50,216 bases of DNA from Rhizaria sp. SCN 62-66. Its lineage: Eukaryota. A program made the translations under genes and the position numbers. Of this stretch, positions 20,593 through 30,628 are shown in pieces; position 1 is the stretch's first letter, and every line of letters begins with the position of its first letter. Below the pieces are notes generated by a model. It was not told the origin of the DNA and did no database searches. It saw only the letters and a list, made by a program, of their open reading frames with translations. The stretch is from positions 1 to 50,216 of the forward strand of contig MEDY01000214.1 in NCBI GenBank assembly GCA_001724265.1. The letters run 5' to 3'.

Positions 20593-21519
20593 AGCGACAG
20601 AGAGTGGAGCAGCGGGGCGGGCGGCCGCGCAAGAGGGGCGGGAGCGAAGCGGTGGGCGGGAAGTTGTGGTTACCTCGACAAGAAGTGCGAGAACTCTGCC
20701 AAGGTGCAACATTTTAAAGTGAAACCAAGTATCCGTAAGTATCATGTTGTTTTCATTCCTGAACGCAATGATTTCGCGGCATCTGTCTGTAATAAAGAGC
20801 GGCAGAGCAGTGGGCGGGGATGGCATGTGCCTATGTGCTCGGAACGCCGATGCCGCCACTGGGATATCGGCAGAGACATCAGTAAATATAGCAAGAAGCA
20901 TGCATTATAAAAATATACACACGGACACATTTCACATCCCATGCGCGTTATAAATGCATGCTGCGTCGAACTTCCACTGAGATAACTTTGTTTTTCAAAC
21001 GCGACCCAAGACCCAGGTCCGAACGCCCAGCCACTGGGTTCACAGACAACAGCCAGCATCGCTTTCAGTACCGTTATGCACCCGCCTGCACATGCAAATG
21101 AAGTCAGATTTGCATAACCTTTCATTTAGATATATTTTAAATTGCTAATATACGTGGTAGTGATAAGGATGTTTTGTATCTCTCTGCGACTGAGCTACAA
21201 ACCGCAATCTTAGCCCGTGCATACGTTATTAGCATCACGGGCACTGGTTGCCTTGTGACCACAGTGACCACAGTGGCCCCTGTAAGCAAGAATCATTCAG
21301 TAAACAGCACGAACAGAGATATAGTGGACAGCGCATAATAAAATAACGCGCCCAGGCCCACAGCAACAACGCAACGCATGCACTATTAATAAACTGCTGT
21401 TAATATCTGCCACCGCAGAGGTGTCTCATTTTACTATCTAAAGCTATCGAACGGCGAACGACCTTCAGCATGAGCGCGTCACCGCAACGCCCCACGCTGC
21501 TGGCTGTGCGAGAGAGTGC

Positions 21520-22540
21520 TCAGTTGCCCGAGAGGTTGACCTTGTCGAGGCGCATAGCGAGCGCGGTGATCTTGGTGTTCTTAAGCTTGACGAGCTGCTC
21601 CAGCTTGGCCACCTTTTGCTGCAGGATGTCGACGGTCTCGCGCAGCTCCGCGATCGTCGCGTCCTTCTGCCCCATCACCGTCTGCAGCGCCGTCAGCGCG
21701 GCCTCCGCGGTCACGAACGCGCCTACGGCGCCCGCGTCGCCCTGAGCCGGCTGGTGAGCCTGCTGCGGCTGAGGCGCCTGCGGCTGTTGCTGCTGCTGCT
21801 GCTGAGGCTTGGCGAGGGCGTTATTGCCGCTGTGGCCGCGGCGCGCGGGCGAGATGGCGGGCAGCGTCGCGGGCGTCGTGCCGCGGCCGCTAGAGCTCAC
21901 GGCAGCGGTCGGGGCAGCACCAGCACCAGCGGCGGCCGGGGCGGCGGCGGGCGCGGGGGTCGCGGCGGGACCGGCGACGGCGATGGCGTCATCATGGTGC
22001 TCCGCCGCCGCGTCCCCGTGCGAGCCACCACCGCCAGCAGCGGCGGCGGCGGCAGCATTCTCCTGGGCCTCGACGAGCGCGAGCTGGCGCTGGACGAAGA
22101 GCAAGACCTTCTCGATGCTGCCGCGCTTGTGGTTAATGACGTCCGCGATGTCGTCGTCGTGGATCACGAAGTTCATGCGGCGGAACACTTTGTGGTTGAG
22201 CGTCGCCCAGTTGGCGTACTTCTGCGCCTGGGAGGATGTCTTGGCGTAGTTGTGCAGGTCGACGGCCTTGGGGAAGAAGTGTTTGACTACCTCGGACATG
22301 AGCACGCCGTCGGCAAAGTCGCGCGCGATCGACTTCTTCGGCCGTGAGAGCGGGATCAGGTCAATCCAGCGGTACACCTGCTGCAACTGGTCGTGGGTGA
22401 GCTCCTGCTGTGGGCGGAAACGCAAGCAGGACGCAAGCGGGGCAGAGCGAGGGAAGATTTAGAAGAGGTGAGTCAACGAAACGAGTTGAGGAAGGGAAGG
22501 CTTCAAGAGGATGCAGAATAATGAAACGTACGTCAGCCAT
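21520..22540 (-). CDS. SPEF1: Sperm flagellar protein 1 / CLAMP (CH-like domain plus C-terminal coiled coil); 2 exons (22540-22532, 22407-21520), about 298 aa
   Basis: LQQVYRWIDLIPLSRPKKSIARDFADGVLMSEVVKHFFPKAVDLHNY...NWATLNHKVF and C-terminal KDATIAELRETVDILQQKVAKLEQLVKLKNTKI. The first coding exon is ATG GCT GAC, followed by a GTACGT donor and a CACAG acceptor. Confidence 0.93.
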
Positions 22541-23515
22541 AGTGGTGTTGTCAAGAGACAAGAATTATGTAAGGGGGTAAAATGGGCGGGGCGCTTGAGA
22601 AGGAAGCGTGACCGTTGCGCGGTGCTGCGGGAGTGGAGAAGCTGGGTGAAATGAAGAGGCGTGTTTCAAAGACCAGAGGTGAGCGGGAGGGGGAAGCTGT
22701 GAGCGGAAGAACGATACAATCATCAATACAGCGGCCATGTGTAAATAGAACAGACATAGATCTTCATGCAACAAAGTCTTGCAAAAGATAAAAGTCTGCT
22801 AATAAGGTAATAATGGTCGGCGCTTGCGCATCTGCTTGGAAACGGGCCGATGGGAAACGTCGGACTCCCGAAGGTGTGTGTTCAAGCGGTAGAGACGATT
22901 TCGGTGTACTCTTATTAACGCGAAATAAAAATAAATGTGATGCATCATCAATGAAACCAGCAACATTTTCTTCATTGACGCCTAGAAGTCACAACGCTAT
23001 GCACAAACCGAAGTCGGTTTCACGAGATTTGATTTTTTCAGAACCGTGATCCGGAGTCAGTTGATCGGCGACGGGGTGTCGGAAAAACATAGATTTCGTA
23101 TTAAACTGTTCGTCTTCATTTTTGCAATTCGTTTTAGCCCTATGATTTTGACTGATTCTAATGATTTATTTTTTGCGATGTGGTGTAACTCATGTCTGTG
23201 GACGTGTGGAACACAAAACCTAGATGCATGCTCCCCTGCCAAGAACAACAGCTCGGTTTCGTCCTCCCACAACATGTCCGTTTGACCTCGCAGATTTTCA
23301 TCTTCACTGAACTAAACTCTCATTCTCTTTATTGCTATATTCCCCCTGTATTGCCCCTTGACCCTTCTGCTCCTCCAGCCACCAGTCGGCAACTCTTGTC
23401 ACCAGTAGTCCACATTGCACTGCGTTTCGCGACCGTTGCTATCTAACCCTTCGCACGCTCATCGCGTCCTTCTCCGGCCCGCTTCCGCGCTGCGCCGCCC
23501 GCGCCACCCCTCCGC
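22541..23515. promoter_or_regulatory. Divergent promoter region between SPEF1 and the DP gene
   Basis: Head-to-head genes with an AT-rich core and pyrimidine-rich leaders on each sense strand; geometry only. Confidence 0.45.
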
Positions 23516-26500
23516 ATGTCGTCGCGCTCGTCCCCCGCATTCGGCCCGCTGCCGCCGCGGCCCGCCGACGCCGGCGCAGGGTCTGCAGCCGCACAGCCCA
23601 CTTCCTCCTCGTCCTCGTACTCGCTGCCAGCGTCCGCGTCCGCCTCCGCGGCGACGGCCGCTGCGTCCGCGGCCTCGCTCGCCGCACTGGGCTCGCCGAC
23701 CTACGGCCCCAGCGGCTCTTCGCTGATCTCCCCGGGCTACCTCGGCGCAGGCCCCGCCGGTATGGCCGGCGGCGGCCACATTACCGGCTCTCAGGGGGGC
23801 CACCATGTCAGCCGTAACGGAAGCTCGCTCTCTCTGTCCGGCGCCGGCGCGGGCGCTGCGGGGCTCGCGGGGACCGACTTCACCCCGGGCATTGTCGGCG
23901 GCTCGAGCGCCCACGGGCACCTGCACGGCCTGCAGTCGCACCACCAGTCACTCCACACGTCGCACCACACGTCGCACCACACGCCGCAAGCACTGCACCA
24001 GTCGTCGCAGTCGTCGCAGCTGGCACAGTCGCAGTCCTTGCAGTCTCAGGCGCAGCAGCAGCAGCTGGGCGCGCTGTTCGCGTCCGCGCGTGACTCGCCC
24101 CACACGCGCCCGCTGCTGCACCACCCTGGCGTGTCGGCGCTGGAGCTCTTCTCCCACCGCGCGCGTGGCGCCGGCGCAGGCGGCGCAGCGGGCGGGGGCG
24201 GGGGGCCTGCCACGATGCACGGACCCGCCTCTGCGGCCGCCTCTGCTGCCGCCGCTTCCGCAGCCGCCGCCGCTGCCTCTGCCTCTGCCTCTGCCTCTGC
24301 CTCTGCGGGGCCCGGGCTCGTGCTGACTGCGTCGCCGGCGCGGCTGCAGTCTGCACCGCTGCCACTGGCTGCTCTGCGCACCACGAGCATGTTCCCCCTC
24401 ACCGGCCACAGCCACGGCCACGCCCACGGTCACACCGGCGGTGGCAGCGCGACGCTGCTGATCGGGGTGAGCCCCTCGCCCAGCGGCTCCTTCAACGGCG
24501 CTTCGGCCGCGGGCAGCGGTAATGCCGGCGCCGGCGTCGGCGCTATCGCGATCACACCTGCGGCCCCCGCGTCCTCCTTGTCGTCCGCCTCAGGGGCCTC
24601 GGGGACACGTCCGCTGACCCCCGCCGCGGCGGCCGCTGCAGCGGCCGCGGCGGCGGCTGCGGCGGCCGCGGGGGGCTCCGGCCCGGGCGCGGGGACGGCC
24701 GCCACGCCCGGCGCTGGGCTCGGCGGCGCCGGGCTCGGGCTCGGCTTGGGGCTGGGGCTGGGCCAGGGGCTGTCGCAAGGCCTTGCACCGGGCCTCGCGC
24801 CAGGCGCGCCGGGGCTTGGGCTGGGGCTAGGCCTGGGTACAGGCGGACAGTACCCGTTTGCCTCGCCCGGCGTCGCGCTGGGCGCATTCTCCTCCGCCAA
24901 CAACAACAATAACAACAACCACAGCAGCAGCAACAGCGCCGCGGCACCGCACGCGCACGGTCACGGTCACGGTCCTATGGGGCTCACGCCGACGATGACC
25001 GCCTCCTCAGTCTCGACCTCCGCCGCCGGCGCCGGCTCTGGTTCTGGTTCTGGCTCTGGTGTAAACACTCTCCCGTCGTCCGCGTCGGCCTCGTCGGCCG
25101 CGGCGCTCCACCTCACGCCCGCCGCGAGCAACAACATCAGCAGCACCGGCAGCGGCAACGGCAGCAATAGTAACCCGCTGTTGGGCACGCCGCGCGCGGC
25201 CACGAGCACCGCAGGTCTAGGTTTGTCCTCCGCGGCGGCTGCGGTGGGCAAGAGCGGCTCGTTGCTGCTCCCGCCCACCGTAAGCTTGACCGGCAACGGC
25301 GCCGTGAGCGGGCTCGGCGGCGCGCTGATGCGCAACCACTCTGGCTCCGCGCTCGGCCTCCCCGGCGCGGGCGCGGGCGTGGGCTCGGGCGTCAGCGGGA
25401 AGGGTCTCGCAGGCAGCAACGGGCTCAAGCGACCCGCGCCCGTGTCGCCCATTGCCGCCGCCGCCGCCGCCGCCGCCGCCGCTGCGGCTGCCAATTCCAC
25501 CGCGAGTGCCCGCGGCGGCGCGGGCGGTAGCGCGAGCAGCAGCAAGAGCGGCAGCGTCAACGACAACGATGACGACGACGCCGATAACAGCGACGGCCAC
25601 AGCACCCGCAGCGCCGGCAGCCAAGGCGACGGTTTCGGCTACCCGGCGGGCGAGGGCGCCAACGGGGGCAAGCGCCGCCCGTTCAGCTACAGCGTCGCGT
25701 CGATCGCTGCGGCCTCCGCCGCCGCCACCGCCGCCGCCGCCGCTGCTGCCGCTGCCGCCGCTGTTGAGGCCGAGGCCGCGGCGGCCGGCGGCGTGAGCGC
25801 ACGCGGGCGCCGCCGCCGCGCGAAGCTGCCCGGGGACCTGGACTCGCTGGCCTACGTCAACAGCAAGAGCGTCACCGGGCTTGGCGCCGCCCCCGCCGGC
25901 GCGGCGAGTGCGGCGGCCCCCAGCGGACGTCTGGCGGCCGTGGCGGCCGCGCTCGCGGCGGCCAGCGGCGCCAGGGACGACGACGGCGACGGCGGAGGCA
26001 AGGCGTTGAGCCGCCGCCGGCCGTACGTGAGCTACAGCCGCAGCCACAGCCACTTCCCGCACGCGTTCGGCCTCGGCGGCGGCGCGGCCGACGCACATGG
26101 CCGCGGGGGCCGGCACGCCGGCGCCGGCGACGGCGACGACGATGAGGACGACGAGGACGACGAGGACGACGACGGCGGCGCTCACGAGGCGCCCGGCCGC
26201 CGCGGCGCGCGCGCGGGCGCAGGCGCAGGCGCCGGTGATCAGGAGTACATGCACCACATTGGTGCGCGCACGCCTCTGTCCGCGGCCGCTGCCGCCGCTG
26301 CCGCCGCTGCGGCGGGCGCGGGCGCGGGCGCGCGGGCGGGCGGTGTGCGCGCAGCCGCGGCGGCCGTCGCGGCGGCGCACGCCAACGGCCACGCGCACAG
26401 CCACGAGCTTGACGACCACGGTCACGGCCACGGTCATGGTATGGCTGCGCAGCGCTACCCGGCCTCGCCCTACAACAACCACTACAGCCACGGCTACGGT

Positions 26501-29500
26501 CACGGCCACGGACACGCGCATGGACACGCGCACGACGACGCAGACCACTATCCGCATGGTCAACAACACCAGCAGCAGCACCACCACCACCATCACCAGC
26601 AGCATCTGCAACAGCAGCCGCAGCGCGACGGCAGATACTACGCTGGCACAGCGCCGTCGAGCCCGCCGCTGACGGGCGCGGCCGGCGCGGCCGCTGCGGG
26701 CGCCGCTGCCGCTGCCGCCGCGACGACGGTCAAGAACAAGGGCCTGAAGCACTTTTCGCTCAAGGTGTGCGAGGAAGTGGAGCGGTTGGGTGTGACTTCG
26801 TACAACGCCGTCGCCGACTCGCTCGTGCACCAGCTTATCTTCGCAAACAGCAGCGGCGCGGGCGAGGACGGCGCTGCCGCCGCGACCGACGCTGCGCGCG
26901 CGGGCGGCGCCAACCACGAAGAGAAGAACATGCGTCGGCGCGTGTACGACGCGCTCAACGTGCTCATGGCGCTGGGCTCCATCACCAAGCACAAGAAGGC
27001 CATCACTTGGGTCGGGCTCCCCGAGGGCGCCGGCGTGGACATGACGGGCGGGCTCGAGTCGCGCGTCGAGCGCAAGCGCGCCGACGTGGCCGCCAAGCGC
27101 CGCGCGCTGGAGCAGTACGCGCTCTACAGCGTCGGGCTGGGCAAGCTCGTGCTGCGCAACAAGGCCGTCGAGGCCGCGCGCGCAGCCGACGCCAGCGCCA
27201 GTGCGGGCGCGAGCGCGGCGGTGGCGGACGTGATGAGCGGCGCGCTGGCGATGGTCGACGCTGAGCCCTTCATCGTCGTCAAGAGCGAGTCCAGTAGCGG
27301 CGCCAACGCCGACGCAGCTGATGGTGCTGCTACGGCCGCTGCTGCTGACGCCGCTGCTGCGGCTGCGGCTGCTTCTGCTGCCACGGCGGCGGCTGTAACG
27401 GCGGCTGCTGCTGCTGTTACCACGACGCCCGTGAGTGGGCGCGGCGGCAGGGGCAAGAAGTCCAAGGCGGCCATCAAGGCTGAGGCTACGGCCGCAGCTG
27501 CCACGGCCGCCGCTCCCGCGACCGACGCGAGCCCCGAGAGCAGCGCCGGCCACGCCGCGGAGGAGGAGAGCAAAACCAGCAAGTCCGCCGACGCGGGCGC
27601 CCGCACTGGGGACGGCAACCCCGCCCCCACTGCTGCGGACGCCGCACGGTCTGCCGACGGGTCGCTGTTCCACGATGCGTCGGGCGCCGAGATCAACAGC
27701 GACGAGGGGCTGCTGGCGCTGCAGGCGCGCGCGTCGCCCGCGCAGCTGTTCCCATTCTCGCAGCCCAACTGCCCCGGGCCCGCGCCCGGGGGGTCCGGGA
27801 GCGGCCCAGCGGCCGCCGGCGACGCGGGCCGCACGGTGTCCTCGGTGGCGTTGCCACCGCTGCCCGAGCACCTGCACGCGCCCTTCGCGGTCGTGTCGTT
27901 CCCGCGCGACGCCACGGCCGCCGTGCTGGCGCCGCCCTCGCGCGCTGCTGCGCTGCTGTCGTTCAGTGCCAAGTTTGTGCTCGTCGACGAGCTAGGCTTC
28001 CTGCTCAAGACCGCGCTCCTGCCCACGCGCGAGAGCGACCTGCCGCTGTACCTGCCGTCACGCGTCGTCGCCAGCTTCCCGCGCGGGCTCCTGCTTGCCG
28101 AGGACGAGCCCGACGCCGCCGACGTCGCCGTGGGTCGCGCCGTCGCCGCGCTGGGCATTGAGGGCGTAGTGGTCAAGACCGAGGACGGCGCTGCCGACAA
28201 GAGCGGCAAGGGCGGCGCGGCGGACCGCGACGCGGCGGTGCACGGCGTGAGCGCGCGCGGGGCGCGGTTCCCGCTGCGGCGGCTGCTGGCGCCCGAGACG
28301 ATGGAGCGCCTCGCGCGCATGGCGGAGCCTGAAGTGTACCAGCGCGTCGGTGCGCGCGACGGCCACGACGGCCACGACAGCAGCGGCAGCGCCGACCGCG
28401 GTGAGAGCGGCGACGATGACGACGACGGCGACGGCGCCGCGGGTCAGCGGAAGATGCACGATCATGAGTCGAATCGCCGGCACTACGACGCTCACGCCCT
28501 TGCCCCTCACAACCTCTCTGCTCACGGTCACGGACACGGACACCAAGGCCACGGTCACAACCACGATCACGGTCACGGTCACGCTGGTGCGCCTGCGGCG
28601 GCGACGACCTTCTCGCCGCCCAGTGGCGTCAACGCCTACGGCTACCCGTCCTACCCGCAGCACCAGTCCACGAACGCGCACGCGCACGCTGCAGGCGCGG
28701 GCGCGGTGTCCGGCGCGGGCGGCCTCGTCGCGGGCGGCGGCGGCGGCAGCGCGGCCTCGGCGCTGGGGCTGGGGCTCGGCATGGGCTCGACCCCGCTGGC
28801 GATGGGCATGGGCGGCATGATGCCCAAGAGCAACAGCTTCACCGCCGGCGCCTCGGGTGTCGGCGCGGGCGCTCTCAGCGTCACCGGCCTCGCGCAGCAC
28901 TCTCACCTGGGCGGCGTGGGCGGCATTGGGGGCTCGCCGCTGTCGCAGCAGTACGCTGCGTACCAGCATCAGCACCAGCACCAGCAGCAGGCCGCGGCGG
29001 CCGGCAACGGTGGCGGTGGCGGTGCCGGCGGCGCGGGCGCGGGCTCGGGCGCTCTTATGGCCCTGCCGCTGCCGATGCCCAAGCACGGCGGCGCCAGCGC
29101 GGGGCTTGCGCTCGGGCTCGGCCAAACGCCGCTGATGCACACCCCCGGCGCGTCGGGCTCAGCCGCGGCCGCTGCGGCCGCCGCCTCCGCGGCCGCGCTG
29201 CGCGGCGGCGCGCTGCCCGCCTCTGGCTCCGGCTCCGCTGGAACCGGGGGCCCGCGCGGCGTGATCATGGCGCCCTCGCCGTCGTTCGGGGCGATCAGGG
29301 GCGTCACGCGCAGCGGCAGCAGCGCGGTCGGCCCCGCCAGCGGCAGCAGCGGCAGCAGCGCCGGCAGCAACGCTAAGTGGTCGTTCGACGCCGTGATGCT
29401 CAACAACAACTCCGCCCACAGCGCCAGCAGCGCCTCCGGCTCCGCGGGCGCGCGCGACACGCCTGTGCTGGGCGCCGGCGCTGCGGCCGCGGCGGCCATT

Positions 29501-30187
29501 CTCTCCGGCGCCACCTTATCGCTGCCGCCGCCCGACACGCCGCTGTCCTCGTCGTCGGCCGCGTCGTCGCACATCCTGCTCAGCCCGCAGAACCTCTACA
29601 GCTTCTCCCCGATGCCCAACTACTCCAGCGCCGCCTCCGTGGCTTCGGGCATGTCGGGCGTCTCGGGCCACGGTCACGGTCACGGCTACGGCGCCGGCGG
29701 CGGCAGCGGCAGCGGCGCCACGATCGGCTTTCCGACTCCCGTTGGCGCGCGCGGTGCTCTGTCGAGCAGACATCCGCTCAGCGCGCACGGACACGGACAC
29801 GGCGCCACGCCCATGGGCGCCGCGGCGGCCGGCAGTGGCGTCGGCGGCAGCGCCCGGCCGCCGTTCGCGAGCAGGGCGCTGGGTCTCGCGCCCGCCGCTG
29901 CCGCCGGCGCTGCCCCAGTCTCTGCGGCAAACACAGTCTCTGTGGCCACGGTGTCTGCTGCGATGGCGAACACGCCGAGCGCGGCGAGTGGCAGCCGCAG
30001 CACCACGCGGGCGGCCGCTGCGACGGCGCCCGCTGCGACGGCGGCGCCGGCACCCAATGTTGGCAGCGCCAGGGCCACGAGGGGCGGCGGCGCGGCTGCG
30101 GCGGCTGCGGCGGCTGCTGCGGCTGCTGCGGCTGCAGCGGCTGCTGATGCGGAGGCTGCGGGCAAGAAGTCCGCAAACCGCAAGTAA
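23516..30187 (+). CDS. DP-family (E2F dimerisation partner) transcription factor, 2223 aa, mostly low-complexity
   Basis: Winged-helix domain at about 26732-27022: KNKGLKHFSLKVCEEVERLGVTSYNAVADSLV...EEKNMRRRVYDALNVLMALGSITKHKKAITWVGLP, the DP-type DEF box. Followed by a coiled coil ending KLVLRN and a marked-box-like HLHAPFAVVS...LSFSAKFVLVDE. Single ORF. Confidence 0.9.
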   Translation: MSSRSSPAFGPLPPRPADAGAGSAAAQPTSSSSSYSLPASASASAATAAASAASLAALGSPTYGPSGSSLISPGYLGAGPAGMAGGGHITGSQGGHHVSRNGSSLSLSGAGAGAAGLAGTDFTPGIVGGSSAHGHLHGLQSHHQSLHTSHHTSHHTPQALHQSSQSSQLAQSQSLQSQAQQQQLGALFASARDSPHTRPLLHHPGVSALELFSHRARGAGAGGAAGGGGGPATMHGPASAAASAAAASAAAAAASASASASASAGPGLVLTASPARLQSAPLPLAALRTTSMFPLTGHSHGHAHGHTGGGSATLLIGVSPSPSGSFNGASAAGSGNAGAGVGAIAITPAAPASSLSSASGASGTRPLTPAAAAAAAAAAAAAAAAGGSGPGAGTAATPGAGLGGAGLGLGLGLGLGQGLSQGLAPGLAPGAPGLGLGLGLGTGGQYPFASPGVALGAFSSANNNNNNNHSSSNSAAAPHAHGHGHGPMGLTPTMTASSVSTSAAGAGSGSGSGSGVNTLPSSASASSAAALHLTPAASNNISSTGSGNGSNSNPLLGTPRAATSTAGLGLSSAAAAVGKSGSLLLPPTVSLTGNGAVSGLGGALMRNHSGSALGLPGAGAGVGSGVSGKGLAGSNGLKRPAPVSPIAAAAAAAAAAAAANSTASARGGAGGSASSSKSGSVNDNDDDDADNSDGHSTRSAGSQGDGFGYPAGEGANGGKRRPFSYSVASIAAASAAATAAAAAAAAAAAVEAEAAAAGGVSARGRRRRAKLPGDLDSLAYVNSKSVTGLGAAPAGAASAAAPSGRLAAVAAALAAASGARDDDGDGGGKALSRRRPYVSYSRSHSHFPHAFGLGGGAADAHGRGGRHAGAGDGDDDEDDEDDEDDDGGAHEAPGRRGARAGAGAGAGDQEYMHHIGARTPLSAAAAAAAAAAAGAGAGARAGGVRAAAAAVAAAHANGHAHSHELDDHGHGHGHGMAAQRYPASPYNNHYSHGYGHGHGHAHGHAHDDADHYPHGQQHQQQHHHHHHQQHLQQQPQRDGRYYAGTAPSSPPLTGAAGAAAAGAAAAAAATTVKNKGLKHFSLKVCEEVERLGVTSYNAVADSLVHQLIFANSSGAGEDGAAAATDAARAGGANHEEKNMRRRVYDALNVLMALGSITKHKKAITWVGLPEGAGVDMTGGLESRVERKRADVAAKRRALEQYALYSVGLGKLVLRNKAVEAARAADASASAGASAAVADVMSGALAMVDAEPFIVVKSESSSGANADAADGAATAAAADAAAAAAAASAATAAAVTAAAAAVTTTPVSGRGGRGKKSKAAIKAEATAAAATAAAPATDASPESSAGHAAEEESKTSKSADAGARTGDGNPAPTAADAARSADGSLFHDASGAEINSDEGLLALQARASPAQLFPFSQPNCPGPAPGGSGSGPAAAGDAGRTVSSVALPPLPEHLHAPFAVVSFPRDATAAVLAPPSRAAALLSFSAKFVLVDELGFLLKTALLPTRESDLPLYLPSRVVASFPRGLLLAEDEPDAADVAVGRAVAALGIEGVVVKTEDGAADKSGKGGAADRDAAVHGVSARGARFPLRRLLAPETMERLARMAEPEVYQRVGARDGHDGHDSSGSADRGESGDDDDDGDGAAGQRKMHDHESNRRHYDAHALAPHNLSAHGHGHGHQGHGHNHDHGHGHAGAPAAATTFSPPSGVNAYGYPSYPQHQSTNAHAHAAGAGAVSGAGGLVAGGGGGSAASALGLGLGMGSTPLAMGMGGMMPKSNSFTAGASGVGAGALSVTGLAQHSHLGGVGGIGGSPLSQQYAAYQHQHQHQQQAAAAGNGGGGGAGGAGAGSGALMALPLPMPKHGGASAGLALGLGQTPLMHTPGASGSAAAAAAAASAAALRGGALPASGSGSAGTGGPRGVIMAPSPSFGAIRGVTRSGSSAVGPASGSSGSSAGSNAKWSFDAVMLNNNSAHSASSASGSAGARDTPVLGAGAAAAAAILSGATLSLPPPDTPLSSSSAASSHILLSPQNLYSFSPMPNYSSAASVASGMSGVSGHGHGHGYGAGGGSGSGATIGFPTPVGARGALSSRHPLSAHGHGHGATPMGAAAAGSGVGGSARPPFASRALGLAPAAAAGAAPVSAANTVSVATVSAAMANTPSAASGSRSTTRAAAATAPAATAAPAPNVGSARATRGGGAAAAAAAAAAAAAAAAAADAEAAGKKSANRK
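24275..24304 (+). repeat. (GCCTCT)5 hexanucleotide repeat encoding (AS)n in the DP gene
   Basis: Read directly. Confidence 0.9.
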
Positions 30188-30628
30188 AGTACACGCAAAT
30201 CAATTGCTGTGTAAACGTGATGAGTGTCTCATTTTTTGCATTTGTGTGTTGACGCAACAGTGATGCTTTAAGTAGCGTCACCGTCTGCGTTGTTACATCA
30301 CGAGTACACTGACTGAGCCAAGTTCAAAATAGAATTAGGATCAATTTCCATAACATTATGAGAAGACCCTGTTTAATGAATATTAATCGTCCTAATCAAC
30401 ATGTAGCAATGAATAATACAATAGTACAAAATATATCTCTTCATCTCTTCAACAATATCACCTCGCACAACAAGTTAGACATTTTAGATTCTGTATGTAT
30501 CGCTGGCCCTCAAAATTGAAACGTAAAAATCACTCGAATAGTTTAATATGTGCCAACGCGGGCCCGCACACACTCAAAAAAGCAGTCCCGTCGACGATTT
30601 TCATTCACTAGCAGCCTCGCCACCGAAT

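Noticed and set aside
25217..27877. 886-aa antisense ORF and other long overlapping ORFs (7780-9807, 14727-16544, 32370-34091, 36509-38071, 17248-18774)
   Set aside because: Shadow ORFs of very GC-rich, GC3-biased genes. They have no recognisable motifs, while the opposite or shifted frame carries a clear conserved protein.
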